A stretch of DNA of 63,536 nt, the filler included, from Choristocarpus tenellus KU-1152 (Eukaryota > Protista > Phaeophyceae), in the NCBI GenBank assembly GCA_964200185.2. It is 12 parts of 12 records of this genome, joined end to end, with 100 filler letters (N's around TTAATTAATTAA, not from the genome) between each part and the next. Parts side by side here need not be neighbours in the genome. Positions count along the whole stretch, not along the records: positions 11,652 to 17,267 come from CAXNAD020010239.1; positions 17,368 to 22,055 come from CAXNAD020013459.1; positions 22,156 to 25,919 come from CAXNAD020018070.1; 9 more parts are not named here. One strand, given 5' to 3'. Positions 12,050-25,853 of this stretch are shown piece after piece. A program made the translations under genes and the position numbers. Under the pieces are notes generated by a model, which saw nothing but the letters and a program-made list of their open reading frames with translations, was not told the DNA's origin and did not search any database. Positions within the stretch are counted from its first letter, which is position 1, and the number at the start of each line of letters is the position of its first letter.

Positions 12050-14400
12050 GACTGCTGAAGCACTCACGCACTATCCTTTGAACTTGGGTGCAGTTGAACT
12101 TGTCAATTCAGGTGCCTGCCTTGACTCCACGTCCAAATCGACTCTTCACAGACTATGTCAGGGTCAAGTAGCGCAAGGTCGCAGCTACAAACACTTCGGA
12201 TGACCTAAGAATGAACCGCAAAGCTGAAGAAATCCTCTCCCTCCTTCCCAGCGAATGTGGGGATGTTGGTGATCTTTGTAGGGTTGCTGGTAGATATCTT
12301 GTATACAATTACTTGCTCACTACTAGCCTCGTCGATCAGCACAACGTCCTAGGAACAATCGGTCCGCTACGTAGCGTGTTGAATATTCCACACTGGACCC
12401 GCAGCTTTGGTGCTTTAATGAAAGACAATGAATAGCTTGATGTAGATATGCAAAGTTAATATTACAAGGGGCTTGTGGTCTCGATTCCGCTGACTGACTT
12501 GTGGGGTGAGACAGGTGCAGACTAGCATGAAGGGTTTGCAACGTCCACATGGATAATCAGAAGAGAATACAATAATCATATATAAGTGGTACAGACCTAA
12601 ACTAAGATACACCGAAACATGTATCTTGCTCTACTTTTCCTCCATTACTCCATTACTCCACTGGTGGTGTTTATCTTTACTAATCTTCTCCACCGATGGT
12701 GTTTAAAACGTATCAGCAGCACTATCTACGAACAGGTCCCTTCATCAACCACATCCTCATCAAGATATTATCTCCGTCCTCAGAATGTCCCTCTAGTCAT
12801 CATCCCTATCTATGCCCAGATTCTCCTCATCCCAATTTTGCAAAACATCTGGTGGCATGACTATCAAAGATCTTGATACCACCACCCTAGTAGATGGTAA
12901 CACCTGTTCGACAATCCCTCCGTGAGGTTATGTGTCACATGAGTATGTTTCCTTTGATGATATATTACAATAGGAGTGTATACACCAATATCGATGTTTG
13001 GTCTCTAAACCAGACTAACTGCAAGGATAAAGGGTGGGGCGATGCGTGACCACCCAGTCCACACGTTTGTATTGACCCACTTACTCCGGTATATCTACCA
13101 CCAGAAAACAGAACAGAACAATACAGGTGGGATAACAAGACGTATCTATGACATACTTCCTTATCACTCAATACCACCAGTGGACTACTGTTACATGTCT
13201 CATTACTTCAAACATATTTGCAACACCACAGTGGTATCCATGTGTGTCCCAGGACCTAATGCTAACACCACTTACAGAGAAGGACCTAATCCACTTCAGG
13301 TGCTTGTTCCTCACCTAAGAGTTTTGAGCAACAACTACTCTACGCCAAGTATTTGCCTATTGAGGCCTTGATGACCTTGCCTGGGGTAAGTTTTACCCGT
13401 CATACCTCAATATCCTACCCAATATTGCGTATCAAGAGATGATTATGGTCGTTGCTTCAACTCATTTCACAGGAAATGGATTCTCTCGCTCAAAAAGAAT
13501 GCCGTTCCAGTGAACTATGATACAGAACAAGGTGTACGTAGTGTTCTGTATAGATTTACGTCTACCAACTACCTCCGTTTAAGTCCTTTCAAAACCCAGT
13601 CACTTGAGTAAAGCTACTAGATAACCAAAACAAGAAACTCGTCGCTGTTAAAAGAAAGGTACACTGGTAGCATTTTATGTAACAGTGCGGTACTCATCTT
13701 CTCGTAAACTTTATTGTACACAGAAATGATTGAGTTTAGGCGTAATAATTCTCCACTCTTGTTGTAATTACGATCCTATCCTCATTAGATCTCCAAAGTC
13801 CTGTCATGGTAGGTGTGCATGATGTTCCAATAGACAACTTCGTCGAGCACTACTACTGCGACTGTGATATTTTCATTTGTTGGTAATATACCTCAAATTT
13901 ATGTTACAGCAACATTATTAATGCTCATGCTGTACTTCTAATTATTGTTATGGTAGTATGTATGGATACCACCAACGACTACCCACTCAAGAGGACCATC
14001 ATCAGCATAAACTACATACTAAAAACAAGAAGCGGTAAGATATGGGTGTAGTGTACATAACATGGTGCAATCCATCCAGTTGATTGACTAACGTGATATT
14101 TACTGTGGTTTCTCCTCTTATTAGTGCACTGTTCAAAACTGAATTTTCATTTTTCCAAACCAGATCTACGAATACATTTAATTGCAAGGGATTCTGCTGT
14201 TCCTTCTACTATAGTATGAGTGGCAAGTTGTAACTAAGATCACAGTGGGTAAGTGAGGTAACCTACCACACAAACACACCCAAACTCAGTCATACTCACC
14301 AATAGTTGGCAGTAGTGTACGTAACTTGGTACCGTCCATTCCATTGACATCAAGATTGCAATCCCCATTGTTCCTCCCATCCTCTATTCTTGCAGCCATT
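12050..14400 (-). mobile_element. Highly degenerate Ty1/Copia pol-like remnant
   Basis: Only eroded traces in Copia order on the minus strand (integrase-like near 13480-13870, RT KS.YG.KQA-like near 12110-12160). Many stops. Confidence 0.3.
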
Positions 14401-14811
14401 CTATAAATACATTTCCATACTTTCACGCCAGATCTACGACTACTAATACTGCTCAAGGATCCTGTTGCTCCTCCTCTTCCCACTATTGCTACAAGCATTA
14501 TGTGAGAGCATATACAAAACTTGGGAGGGAGGGGGAGGCAGTGCACCACATTTACACACACACTTAAATATACTCAATCACACTCAATAAACAAATGAAA
14601 TTGATCATAATGCTTGAAGACAACAAAGTTGTTTGAAACTATTTTTGATCAGATCCTTTCCACACCCACAAGCAGCCACGAGTGCAGGGAATGTCTACTG
14701 ATCACTTCTGACATATTTACAAGTCTGTGTTACAAAAGCTGATTTCATGTACTTACATGTATTTGAAACAGTAAAAATAAAAATAAAAATAATGACAAGA
14801 GGCATTCCCCA

Positions 14812-16591
14812 CTAGATTACTGCATCTGATGGCGAATCCATCATTGCGGTCAGGCTCTCTCTTTGGGTCTTCACTAGTAGAAACTCTTTGGTTTCCATGA
14901 AACGCAATAGTAGGTTGGCCTCCAACATCAAATAGACCTCTTTGTATGCCTGATAAAATACCAGCCTGTGAGAGGTGTTAGCCACAAGGGGCAGGAGACA
15001 AAAAAAAAAGAGGGAAGGGACAAGACAGCCCCCTGTATGAGTTTGATACATGTAGCCACAAGGCTCTACCTTCATGAAGGAAAGGAATGAGAAAAGGCAA
15101 ACAACCATGGTATGTGCCCTCTCATCACAGGTTCTTATATATAATGTAGAGAGATCATTCATATGCTCGTTGCACATTCAAAAAAATATATATATATGCC
15201 AAAGTTCAGCAAAAATCCTTCCAGAGAGCACCAGTGAATTGCTCATCTGCCTACTGCCAATGCAATGTTGGAAGTTGCAACGAGATGTTGGAAAACCAAA
15301 ACTTACAAAGAAAAAGGTGGGTCCATCACAAAGAAACAAGAATAAATGTCTTACCTTTTGACATTTGTTGAATATTTCAAAATACTCATCAAAGAAAAGA
15401 AAAAGAAAAATGATGACGCTGTGATCCTTACAAAGATGTTCATGTTCCAAGTCAGTGTCCAAAACCTCTTGAGTCCATAAAATACTGCAGAGATCAGAAC
15501 TCTTCCACAAGAAAGTATGATGAACACAGTCGTGTACTTGGAGGAGTCATTCACACATCTCTCAATTTCATATTATACTTCAGAAGAATAGAACCTCACT
15601 ATCTTGAACACTTGAAAAACCTATCGGTCGTAATGTTGAACTTTGTATGCTCCCACAGAAAAGTCAGCAAGATACTTTGAATCACACCAAGGAGTAAGAA
15701 TGAAAATAATAAAATGGAACAGGATGTTTGTATCAACAGAAGCATATAGCACATATTGTCAGGTACCTAAATTATCTAGAAATTTCCGTTTACTGCCAAT
15801 TTGGAATCAGCACTCCATGGAGCTGTATGACGCGATGCACTTACCCCCAGGCGGTACAATAAATTATATACATACCGTTCACAGTTTTCTTTTGGTCATA
15901 TGGACGAGATGAAAACACAATTTAAGAACACTGGTGTGGATTCAAATTGAGGCAGTGTGAACGGTTCTCGGTGAGCGCCCATCAGCAGCGACGTTTTTGC
16001 CTCCTACACTACAACTATAAAACCCAAAGCTCTACCAGTTCCATCTAATTTTCAAATATCATCTGGGTAGCAATATATTTCGGAAGGTGCAGCCTCAACT
16101 CAAAGAGACTCAAAGGGAGTCCAAGCTGGTGGGTTGAAGTTAGAACTTCCTCTGCACCAAATACCTTCTCTCAATGTTCTTCTCATAATCTAACTTTTCA
16201 TAGCACTCATTTGAACTGGTTTAAAAGCCTTCCAAACTTAAACTTATAAAACCTACGAGACCACTCTACCTTGAAAGATGAGGTGATTTCGTGATAAGCT
16301 TAGAGGAAAACTCTATGAGCATTGATCAGTAGATCGAACAATGTACTAGAAGCACTTTCCTAACCCAGCGAAGTAAATTTTTCAGTACCACCAAAAAATA
16401 TATTATATATACTGGAAACTAGTGTAGTGACCACCCGCGTCTGCATTATATAAGTAGATGATGTAAAAAAAAAGTAGGGATATGTAGTACTTCTGCTCAA
16501 GGCCTCTTACCGCTTCTCTTCAGTAGGCAAGCGATCAAACAGCTCTTTTCCCCCTTCCAAGAATCCCACAATAATCTTCTTGTCTCTTGAA
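14812..16591 (-). CDS. RGS (regulator of G-protein signalling) domain protein, last two exons
   Basis: Exons 16591-16511 and 14965-14812 splice in phase 2 to SRDKKIIVGFLEGGKELFDRLPTEEKR-LVFYQAYKEVYLMLEANLLLRFMETKEF, matching the RGS C-terminal F..A..EV..L...N...RF pattern. Confidence 0.72.
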
Positions 16592-17367
16592 CTGCAAATG
16601 CAAAGAGGGGGGCGGAGATTGATATTGTCGGACACAGCACTATTTGGAACGTTCAATAGCTGCAGTGTCTCAAGCATGGATTATGATAAGGAGTTTGAAC
16701 AAAGGGTGGAAACTATCCTATAATTGGTACAAAGTACTAATAAGTTGTTTAAATATAGAAAACTGTTGAGACAGTGGCTTACATGGAATGTTATTGGGCG
16801 TAAAATGAAAGGAGAAAAGTGTGGTTTTGTCTTCAGTAGACGGCAATTACTATATACGTTTTTATTCCCGCGGCCAGCCTCTGATAGCCTGGGCCGTGGA
16901 CGATCCCAGGACTGTGCAATAGGCTGTTCGTGTAACCGTTGCAAAAGAGGACAAGACAGATAGTAAATTTGATTCAAACGAAGATGCTACTTTTAGGAAG
17001 AGGTCACGTAACCTTTGTGCAATATATGCTAGGCAGTGTATAGGGAGTTATATATTTAGTGAACAGTGGAACTCATCAGACGTATTGACTGAGTAAAGTA
17101 AGGGTCAAGGATTAGATTTGGTGTGCTTCGAGTCGTATGTTTGAATCTCGATGGATTGATTTCTTACTTTGTTCAATATAAGTGGCTGACGTAGTGTGAC
17201 TGACACAGACACATTTGACGTGTCTGATGACGTGCGCAATAGCTACTAATATAAGGAAGAGCACCCCNNNNNNNNNNNNNNNNNNNNNNNNNNNNNNNNN
17301 NNNNNNNNNNNTTAATTAATTAANNNNNNNNNNNNNNNNNNNNNNNNNNNNNNNNNNNNNNNNNNNN

Positions 17368-17607
17368 GGGTAGAGCCGCGTCCATTTGGGGGTCAAAATC
17401 CAATGTTACGATTTTGATGTAATTTTGAATATCGTGTGTGTTAGGAAATGTCAATATCCTTGTTCCGGACCCACCTTTTCATAGCGTAAACATTTTGCTT
17501 ACTCCGAAATATTTTGGAGTAGGTGAAAGTCGTATAAACCCCAAGGGAAGTCAAACCTCAAATGGATAAACAGGGCAAAACTTGTACCCTCTAAGATACT
17601 TTCACTC
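17368..17607 (-). mobile_element. MITE family B copy (truncated at contig start)
   Basis: Reverse complement of 25365-25622; ends ACCCTCTAAGATACTTTCACTC. Confidence 0.85.
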
Positions 17608-18179
17608 GACACAAGACATGGTATGGATCATGAATGTGTGTGAAGTAGAGCAAGAAGTGTAACTGGAAAAAAATTGGAAATGGTGGTGTTTTCCGAAGAA
17701 TGAAAGGGGTAAAGAGGTTCACACAGGAGTCTAATGACTCAAATATGCAGTGCAAAGATATTCAATGGCCATCGCAATGAGGTCAGGGAGGGGAGTTTGC
17801 GTTGTTGCAAATAAAACCTGTCCCAACTGCTCCCTCTCAACTTGAACTATTTCAATGTTAGCCTAGGTCAAAGGCTCAGCTACTACTGCAAGCCAATACT
17901 GAGCTTGTGGTGGGGTGACTTCCCCGCAACTCTTCATTCCAAAAGTGCATGAACACAAAACGGGCAATAGTGCAGTTGTGAAGAATCTAGAACGTCATCT
18001 CCGACTTGCACCGCTTTGTTTTGAAAGGAAACCAATCAGATGATATATAATATTTATATTATTATGCCCTCTGACATTTTGCAGATGTGTCAGGGGAAAA
18101 CCAATGAAAACTATATACATATGTGTATATAAAATGTCCTCAACATAAGAATACTATAAGACATATTATTATTGCCAAC

Positions 18180-18470
18180 AAATATATACATATATATATA
18201 TTCCTTTGTTCTTCTACAAGTTTTTCTCAGTGACTTTCTTCGGACGCGCATTTTAAACTGTATCCGTGCTGTACATATATATATATATATATTCCTTTGT
18301 TCTTCTACATGTCAAGTTTTTTCCCAATGACTTTCTTCCGACGCGCATTTTAAACTGTATCCATGCTATACATATATATATATATATATATATATATTCC
18401 TTTGTTCTTCTACATGTCAAGTTTTTTCTCAGTGACTTTCTTCCGACGCGCATTTTAAACTGTATCCATG
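18180..18470. repeat. Tandem repeat, 3 x ~95-105 bp, with a variable (TA)n tract
   Basis: TTCCTTTGTTCTTCTACA...GACTTTCTTC.GACGCGCATTTTAAACTGTATCC occurs three times. Confidence 0.9.
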
Positions 18471-18544
18471 CGAATCCCTTATTGGATGCACCGGTCTGAA
18501 CCCCACTGGGCGAACACCCTAGTAGGGTCCTATAATTATCTCAC

Positions 18545-19574
18545 CTTAGGTCCAGGTGAGTATCACAAGAGAAACTTGGGGAGTGGTTTACTTCTATCAG
18601 CCAAGGGCAGAGGTCAGAGTCCAACAGCACATCGAAGCCCAGAACCTCAAAGCACCGGCTGTCTCCACATTCACTTCTGCAAATGCCACCCCCACCTAGC
18701 CCTGTCCCAGAGCAGATTGCAGCTGGGCATCAGAATCGATCATATAACACTGCAGAGCAACAACATGGGTGAGTTTGTTCTTTTTTCAGGGGAGAGGGGG
18801 TGGGCAGGGCTAAGAGGGGGAGGTGGGGAGAGGAAAAGTTGTTCTGCCACCACAAAATTGCTCAAGAGATTTGGTCACAGAAAGAACCACCAGACAAAAG
18901 GAGCCCCTGCAATACCTAGTTACAAAGACCAAGAGCACCCATAGACTGAGTATCAGGGGAAGAGAAGATAGAGGTTGTACGTGTGTGTCCAATATGAATT
19001 ACTTGCAGTATATACTTGGGGGGGGGGGGGCAAGTGTAAGCATTAACATCAACTCCAAAGATTTAAGATTGAGCCCATTGTTGTACACTTGAGTGGTTTG
19101 TTCTTGTATTCAACATTTTTTGTCACACATGCAGAATTGTGTAGAGATCATACCGACACATTCCGAGCAACTACACACAGTATGTGCGTCCATCTACTCT
19201 TACTCACCCTTAGGAGCAGATCCATGAAAACTTGAATGGTAAACTCTTGCAAGAGAGGGCTGCACGGAGAGCAGGGTTTTTACTACCACAGACCCTATCT
19301 CCCCCCACAAGGCATCCACATTGATACCCCGAGAGCGCAACCGGCGAAAGAGCCACTCCAGGCTCCTCTTTGGTGTGTCCTCTTTGTCCTCTACCCCTTG
19401 TTCATCATCATCTTCTCTTTCTTCTTCTTCTTGTTCTGCTATCTCAACTCCTTTTGCCCTCTTCCCTACCCTCACACCCTTTCCTACAGCCCTGTATGTG
19501 TGGCTTGACGAGGGGGGGCTCTTTTTGCTGAATCCATTGATGGCATAGTTAGTGAGGTGCATGTGCTTTATCTC
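18545..19574 (-). CDS. Tubulin polyglutamylase, TTLL6/TTLL13-like, internal exons
   Basis: Exon 19574-19208 (MHLTNYAIN...KRSLEWL...[14 protein letters not shown]) and exon 18722-18545 ([35 protein letters not shown]) join in frame. A possible further upstream exon lies at about 20014-19933. Confidence 0.88.
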
Positions 19575-22329
19575 CTACAACCATGAAGGGATTGATCAGG
19601 AAGAAATGAGACAGGCAGGAGGAGACACAGGCAGAGGTATGGAAAAGGGAACCACACGAGTGAAAGGGAATGGCCGAGAATGAGGTTGGGAAGAAGGAAC
19701 AAACTAAACTATATTAGGGGTAAGTAATCGTGAACATATTTTCATGATAAACTAATATTCATGTACATGGGTACATTGCCAAAAAATCGTTATGCGAATG
19801 ATTGAGCAAGTCTTAAAACTCATCAGATTATTATTCCAAATCCTCTCTTGATTTCTACTATTCCGAAGTGAGCAGAGCATGAAAAATGGTTCCAAATATA
19901 TATATATAATTTCGTAACCTTAAACGGCGTACTTGGACTAGTCCGGCGTCACCGCGCGCACGACCGGACGATTGGCGTTTTCGTGTCTGGATAGTTGTGG
20001 ATTTTTTCTTTTGGCTGAAAACCACAATAAGATAGGGCGAGGCAAAACATATGTGCAAGAAAAAGAATAAAATTGTTTGAAGCCTGTTATGATACTATGT
20101 TGCTGGTTGACTCAAACAAACTCTCTGAGTACTCCCCGTACATGCTTGATCTCTATCTCAAGATGTAGTGCGTCTTATCAGAAGATGAATACATCAAAAT
20201 AAAGCTTACATTGTTTACTTTGAATCTCATAATATTGTGGTTTTGCACCATTCTCGATCAATTTTCGTATCATCTGAGTTCAAAATTTGAATTGTCGTTA
20301 GGATATAAGCTATTATGCAAGAATGTAGCACGAACTTCCCCTTGGACACCGGATTTCAAAAGGACACACTTCCAAGCTTCACTTGATCCATTAATCAGGT
20401 TAAAATCAAGTCGAGAATTTTGGCATGATGAACCAACTGTGGTTATATACTCATATATGAATGTGTACTCAGGAATGGGTGGGTGGCTTCATGCATTCGC
20501 TATTTATGTGCATATTCAATCACTGTTATGTTCAAAACAAGCAAGAAGCGTATCAATATCACATATCTCCAAACATGTGTGCCATCTGTGTGTCTGAGTC
20601 TATGAGCTACCAGGTGAGTCTGTCTTTCTTTTGTGGATTAAGATTTTATTAGTGATAATATGCAGTGATTTGAAGTAAAAATATTGATATCAACAACAGG
20701 AATAAATAGGGGTATGTATGACTGCAACTACCACCTCTATCTTATCACAGCTAGAAGTGAAGTTGTCGGATAACTGTGAAACTGCTGTAACTGTTGTGGT
20801 CCATGGTATGCTAGAGGGGGGGGGGGGGCTTAGTCCCTGTTGTCTACTTGGGACTTGAATGGGTGTAATAAACACATCCCAATTTGATGCCCGTTTTACA
20901 GGTGATTTCCTCCTGATTTATTCCAGGCAGGGGGGATATAGGTGCGCTCAGATGAACGAAATCGCTCTTACATCTGACATATTCACCCAAATGATAAGGA
21001 AATCACTACAGGGTCACAAATGTCCCAATGGATGCCTGAAGCCCCCTCTAGGATACTAAAAGTTCGACTCACAAAATGTGCAGAAGACCCAAGCGCGCCT
21101 ATACACAAGGTGAGCACTATCAGCAGTCATTCAAACTATTTTTTGATATTTTTGCCTTTGGCCCCAATTAGTGCTGTACTGCCATACCCAGCCCAACCAT
21201 CCACCCAAGTCAGGGCTAAGCCAATAAAGGTGCAAGGTGACATCATGTACAGCGCATATTGTTTTAGTGCCCCCTGGCATTCTGCCGATGTTGTTGTAAG
21301 GGGGACAAGAGATGTCATACAACAAGGCACAAATAATTCAATAGACATGACAACACATTCTGTGTATTGCTTACAACAAAGACCTTCCAAGTTGTTGTAC
21401 ACCTAACCCCATATACATACAGGTGCATACACAAAATCGTTTTTTTCTCACACGCATGTGTGTATACGACAAAACGCACGTTCAATAAACTTCCACTGCC
21501 CGCACACTGCGAGTGCACGACAATCAGACAGATTGCCCGAATTCCCCTGCGTTCAAGCTTATCAAACCCCAACCAACTCAATAAAGGGGTTTCCAACATT
21601 CTGGCAGGCCTTTAGACGCATGCCAAAATAATGCCTAGTCCTACTTCGGCAGAGTTTTCAGCGACACGCCTTTTTACCTAGTGCAACACCTTGTCAGAGC
21701 CAGGGAGGGACATCGATTTTTCAGAGGGACTGCTCCAGTATCACGCATCTAGAGAGAGGCCGGCGCACTTGAACAGTGTTGGAGGCGTTGTTTTGCTCTA
21801 AAAAAATCGGTAGCTGCTTGGGGTGATCTAAAGGATATGCTCCTACAGTTTCCCCCAACAATAAACAAGATCAAGAGTAATCTTCCAATACTGTTTGCCT
21901 GTCAAAGTTATGCTTGACCATTTGTGAAAATAAGATTCGAAGTAGTATTTTATGTACGTACAGATGATGATGATGTGGGACATTCGCGATATTTAGGGTT
22001 AGGGTATTATTTTACCAGAAGAAATTGGTGGAATGTTAAGAGTCGGAGTGTTTCTNNNNNNNNNNNNNNNNNNNNNNNNNNNNNNNNNNNNNNNNNNNNT
22101 TAATTAATTAANNNNNNNNNNNNNNNNNNNNNNNNNNNNNNNNNNNNNNNNNNNNCTGCAGTGCAGACGTCTTTTCTTCTGAGCTGTACACACTTTTCCT
22201 ACCAATGTCAGACCGGGCCCGGGGCCGCAGAGTAGGTGTACACAACGGTGAAATAACAGTTATTGTGTCTTCCTTCGTAAAAGCGACGAAGAGTATCATC
22301 ATCATCATCGTAGCCTTGACATAGCAAAC

Positions 22330-23552
22330 GAAAAAAATAGCACTTCTTACGAATCTTCACATTTTTTTTTAACCATAATCTCAGACTGGTCAACGTAGTA
22401 AACACACACCACTCGAAATACTCCTTTGATCCACTTCTTCTACGTACTGTTGGGTCACATGGTTTGCAACTAACTCCAACACAGGGTGTGACCAACCTTT
22501 CCACAGCCAAGGGCAAAACCTACCTCTTTGTTCACGGCGTAGATCACAATTGCGGACTTGTGAGGCATGAACTACCCGTATGTATCCGCCCAGTAGTCTA
22601 TCCAGGACATCACCAGGTCTTGCTTCGGAGCCATGTCCTTATCTTTGTTCGTGCCGTTCCTGTTGTAGTAGCGCATGTATGTATATAAATGGATGGGAGT
22701 TGTGCTGGAGGTGGATACAAGGGACGGGGGATGGAATTCTAGAGGAATCATATGCCAGCAACGGATCTCTACTTCTGTAGGTATTTACGCGTGGTAACTG
22801 CTGCAGCAGCGCAGGGACGGCCGGATGAGATGATATTGTTGAAGCATAAATAAACATATCACACGTGTATATACACATACATATATGTAACACATAACAC
22901 CACGCTGGAGGGATCTCTAACTTTGTACATCAGACATCTCGGCATGGTGACTGCAAAGTGAATGTGGCGAGTACGGTCGGATTACATTGTTCTGAGATAG
23001 GACTACTGTTCAATCATCAAGCAGGGGAAAAAATATAGCTGGTACAAATAACACTGTGTACATATGTCAAACCCACCTCTCCACGCCGGAGGATGCTCTT
23101 GCGTTATATGTACCTTTGCAAGCATCAATGATATGATTGGATTTTCTGAACGATGCCTTGAAAAACTGCGTACAAACGAGAATGTCGGCCGCGAGCATAG
23201 ATCCACCTCCAGGTTCCAAGTTAATGACAGGTACACGATCACCAAGGAAGTGCTTGCGATCGCGGTGGTTCTCACATGCCCGGATGATGTCCTGCTCTTT
23301 GGCCAACATGCATGCAAGGAAGGACTCGCTATCTGCCGGGAACTTCTTCACACAGGCTAAGCGCTTGCAGCAGTCACCCTGTTCGTTGACCGGGATGGGT
23401 TGAGTCCATTCTCGGCGAAGCTTTGCGCCGGTCGCTGAAGCGTCATTGGTAGAAAACTCCAGAGCATCATTGTTGGCGGGCTGGTGAGGGGGCAACATAG
23501 GGGGCGACGCAGGCGACAAAAGCCATCCCCTTACTGTGGGAGCAACTGTCAT
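22330..23552 (-). pseudogene. Putative Sola-like DNA transposase, N-terminal exons (copy 1), disrupted
   Basis: Exon 23552-23077 (GDCCKRLAC...VCTQFF) splices in phase 2 to 22659-22524 (VMSWIDYWADTYG*FMPHKSAIVI; in-frame TAG at 22572-22574), then degenerate W...NVKIRKKCYF. The order CC..C / VC..F / W...G..MP / W..VKI.K recalls Sola transposases. No catalytic domain lies in the contig. Confidence 0.5.
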
Positions 23553-23639
23553 GGTGTTTTGGGGCAACAAGCGGTCTTGGGCAGTGAGAAGGTCTAGGAG
23601 TGATGAGATTCGAAGCCGGGCGTATGAACGATGTTTGAG

Positions 23640-24350
23640 CTCCGGGCGATCCGTGGGACTACCCTGAGATCCATGATCCGGAAAATACGTGCATTACGAT
23701 TTTCGGAAGTTGTAAATCCGATTATATCCGTACTTACATTTTATAAATACAAAGCACATACTTCATTGATCTTGTACGTTTCCAATGTTCCGAAACCAAA
23801 GATAAAAAAAAAAACTGACACCCTCTAATTGTTTTAAATACAAAATATAAAATTGTTGGACATTTGTATTCTTAAAAATACTAGAGATGACAAAAAGCGG
23901 CTCTTGAGTTTCGGTGATCCAGTGAAGACCCAAAACACGTGCATTAGGATTTTTAGAAATAATAAATCCAGTAATAACCGTTCTTACAATTTTTGAAAAT
24001 ACAAAGCACGTACTTTATAGGTCTCACACGTTTCCAATGTTCAGAAACTAAAAGGTCACTTTCAACTGGTACCCTACAATTTATTTAAATACTAAATCCG
24101 TTTTTTGTCGACTTTAGGATTCTTAAAAATACTAGAGACGAAAAAAAGCGGCTCTTGAGTTTTGGTGATCCGTTCGGATCAATAAAACCATTGAAGAGCC
24201 AAAAGCCTTGCGTTAGGGTTTTACTAAATAATAATAATATTCTAATGTTTATATCAACAAATAAAAATACAAACCACATACTTCATTGATCCAATACGTT
24301 TGAAACGTACGAAACGAAAAGGTTACAAAAAACTGATACTCTGTATCTCT
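23640..24350. repeat. Three degenerate ~250-270 bp tandem units between divergent genes (copy 1)
   Basis: AATACAAA(G/C)CAC recurs near 23746, 23998 and 24266. ATTCTTAAAAATACTAGAGA.GA.AAAAAGCGGCTCTTGAGTTT.GGTGATCC occurs twice. Confidence 0.85.
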
Positions 24351-24552
24351 TTTCAATATGCTGTTCGATATTCGTATTTTTTATAACACAATTATCAACG
24401 GAAAGAGAAATCTGAGTTATGAGGACCGACCGACCAGATGAAATAAAGTAGCACCTCCCAGCCCTCTGTCTTCATTTCAATTCCTTCCCCTCCGTACATA
24501 CTACACGCACCTGTTATTTATCGATCCCCGTCAGACCCTCCCAATCTTCGCC

Positions 24553-25715
24553 ATGTCCAGCATTCGCTCAACAACAACCCACCCGCCCGCTGATGGCGCT
24601 GCCCACGGATCAAGATCGTGGTACAGCAATTTGAAGGGCCTGTTCTCACTCCTAGAACATCACTACCTCGGCACGTACCAGATGAAACTCGGCATCATCA
24701 CATGCACGGAGATGGTGCGTCCCCTGAGCGAGCGTGGCCTTGTGCGCGTCAGCAAGTCCATCCGTGAAAAGGGCTGGCTAGAGCAGTTTGCTCCGTCTGT
24801 CGTCATCCAACGGGACTGCTTAGGAAACGGGGACCAGCTCACCGCCGAAACTGCGCTTGGCATTCAAGGACGAACACTGGACGGAAACCATAGAATAACG
24901 GTGCTGAAGAGAGAGTTTGATCCCGAACGCGCTGTCATGATGCAGGTCTACATGGAGTTCAACCAAGCAGAAGAGAGGCTAATTGCCAATGGTGGGTGAT
25001 GAAGTGTTGTCGTTGTTTCATGATCGCCTGACTCTTCTGATCAACTAAGCAACAAAGTAAGTTGAGTGTTATCGTTGTTCCATGATCGCCTGATGACTCT
25101 TCTGATCTACCAAGTTGTTGCCGAGTTTCCTTTGTTTGGTTCATCGTCAGTCAGCCCATTGATGATCTTTTCGTTGTTGATCTTTTTTATCCCTCGTGGT
25201 CTTTCTGTCGACAGCAACATGTTGCTCACTACTGCCTGCCGCGTGTGTCCCGTGACCGCTTCCCACCTACCCCTTGTCCCGTTTGCCCACTGCATCGCCA
25301 CACTTATAGCATTCAACGACACGACCGAGAGTGTGGTTGAGCGCACGCTGTACGATAAGGTAGAGAGTGAAAGTATCTTAGAGGGTACGAGTTTTGCCCT
25401 GTTTGTCCATTTGGGGCTTGACTTCCCTCGGGGTTTTTATGACATTTTCCTACTCCGAAATGATTTTGGAGTAGGTAGAATACATACGTTATGAAAAGGT
25501 GTGTTCGGAACAAGGATATTGACACGTCGTAACAAACAGATAGCCAAAATTACATCAAAATCGCAACATTGGATTTTGACCCCCAAATGGACGCGGCTTT
25601 ACCCTCTAAGATACTTTGGCTCGTATATTTTCATCACGAGCTCGAAGAAGCTATCAAATGACAGACGAAGAAAAAAGAAGTGTCACTAGCAGAGGTCCGC
25701 AAAATGTACAAAAAT
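24553..25715 (+). pseudogene. ParB-N / sulfiredoxin-fold domain gene (copy 1), exon 2 disrupted
   Basis: Exon 1 24553-24991: VRPLSERGLVRVSKSIREKGW...TLDGNHRITVL. Exon 2 25310-25715 is interrupted by a family B MITE and a CGA>TGA stop at 25659. Confidence 0.72.
25365..25622 (+). mobile_element. MITE family B, full length (258 bp)
   Basis: TIRs GAGTGAAAGTATCTTAGAGGGTA / TACCCTCTAAGATACTTTGGCTC. Empty site is visible in the paralogue near 42105-42120. Confidence 0.92.
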
Positions 25716-25853
25716 GTGAGGGAGTTGTCAACGTTGGTGGGATGGTGGCGCTCTACTCCTCCTCTTGTTGGGTTACAGCTGTTTTGAAATCTCTCTGTGT
25801 CCTCCTATTCAACCTAAGTTGAGATAGTTATCCCGCGTTTAGCAACCCTGTCA

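Noticed and set aside
20580-21110. Plus-strand donor-like sites (CAG/GTGAGT, AAG/GTGAGC)
   Set aside because: No coherent ORF chain or motif.
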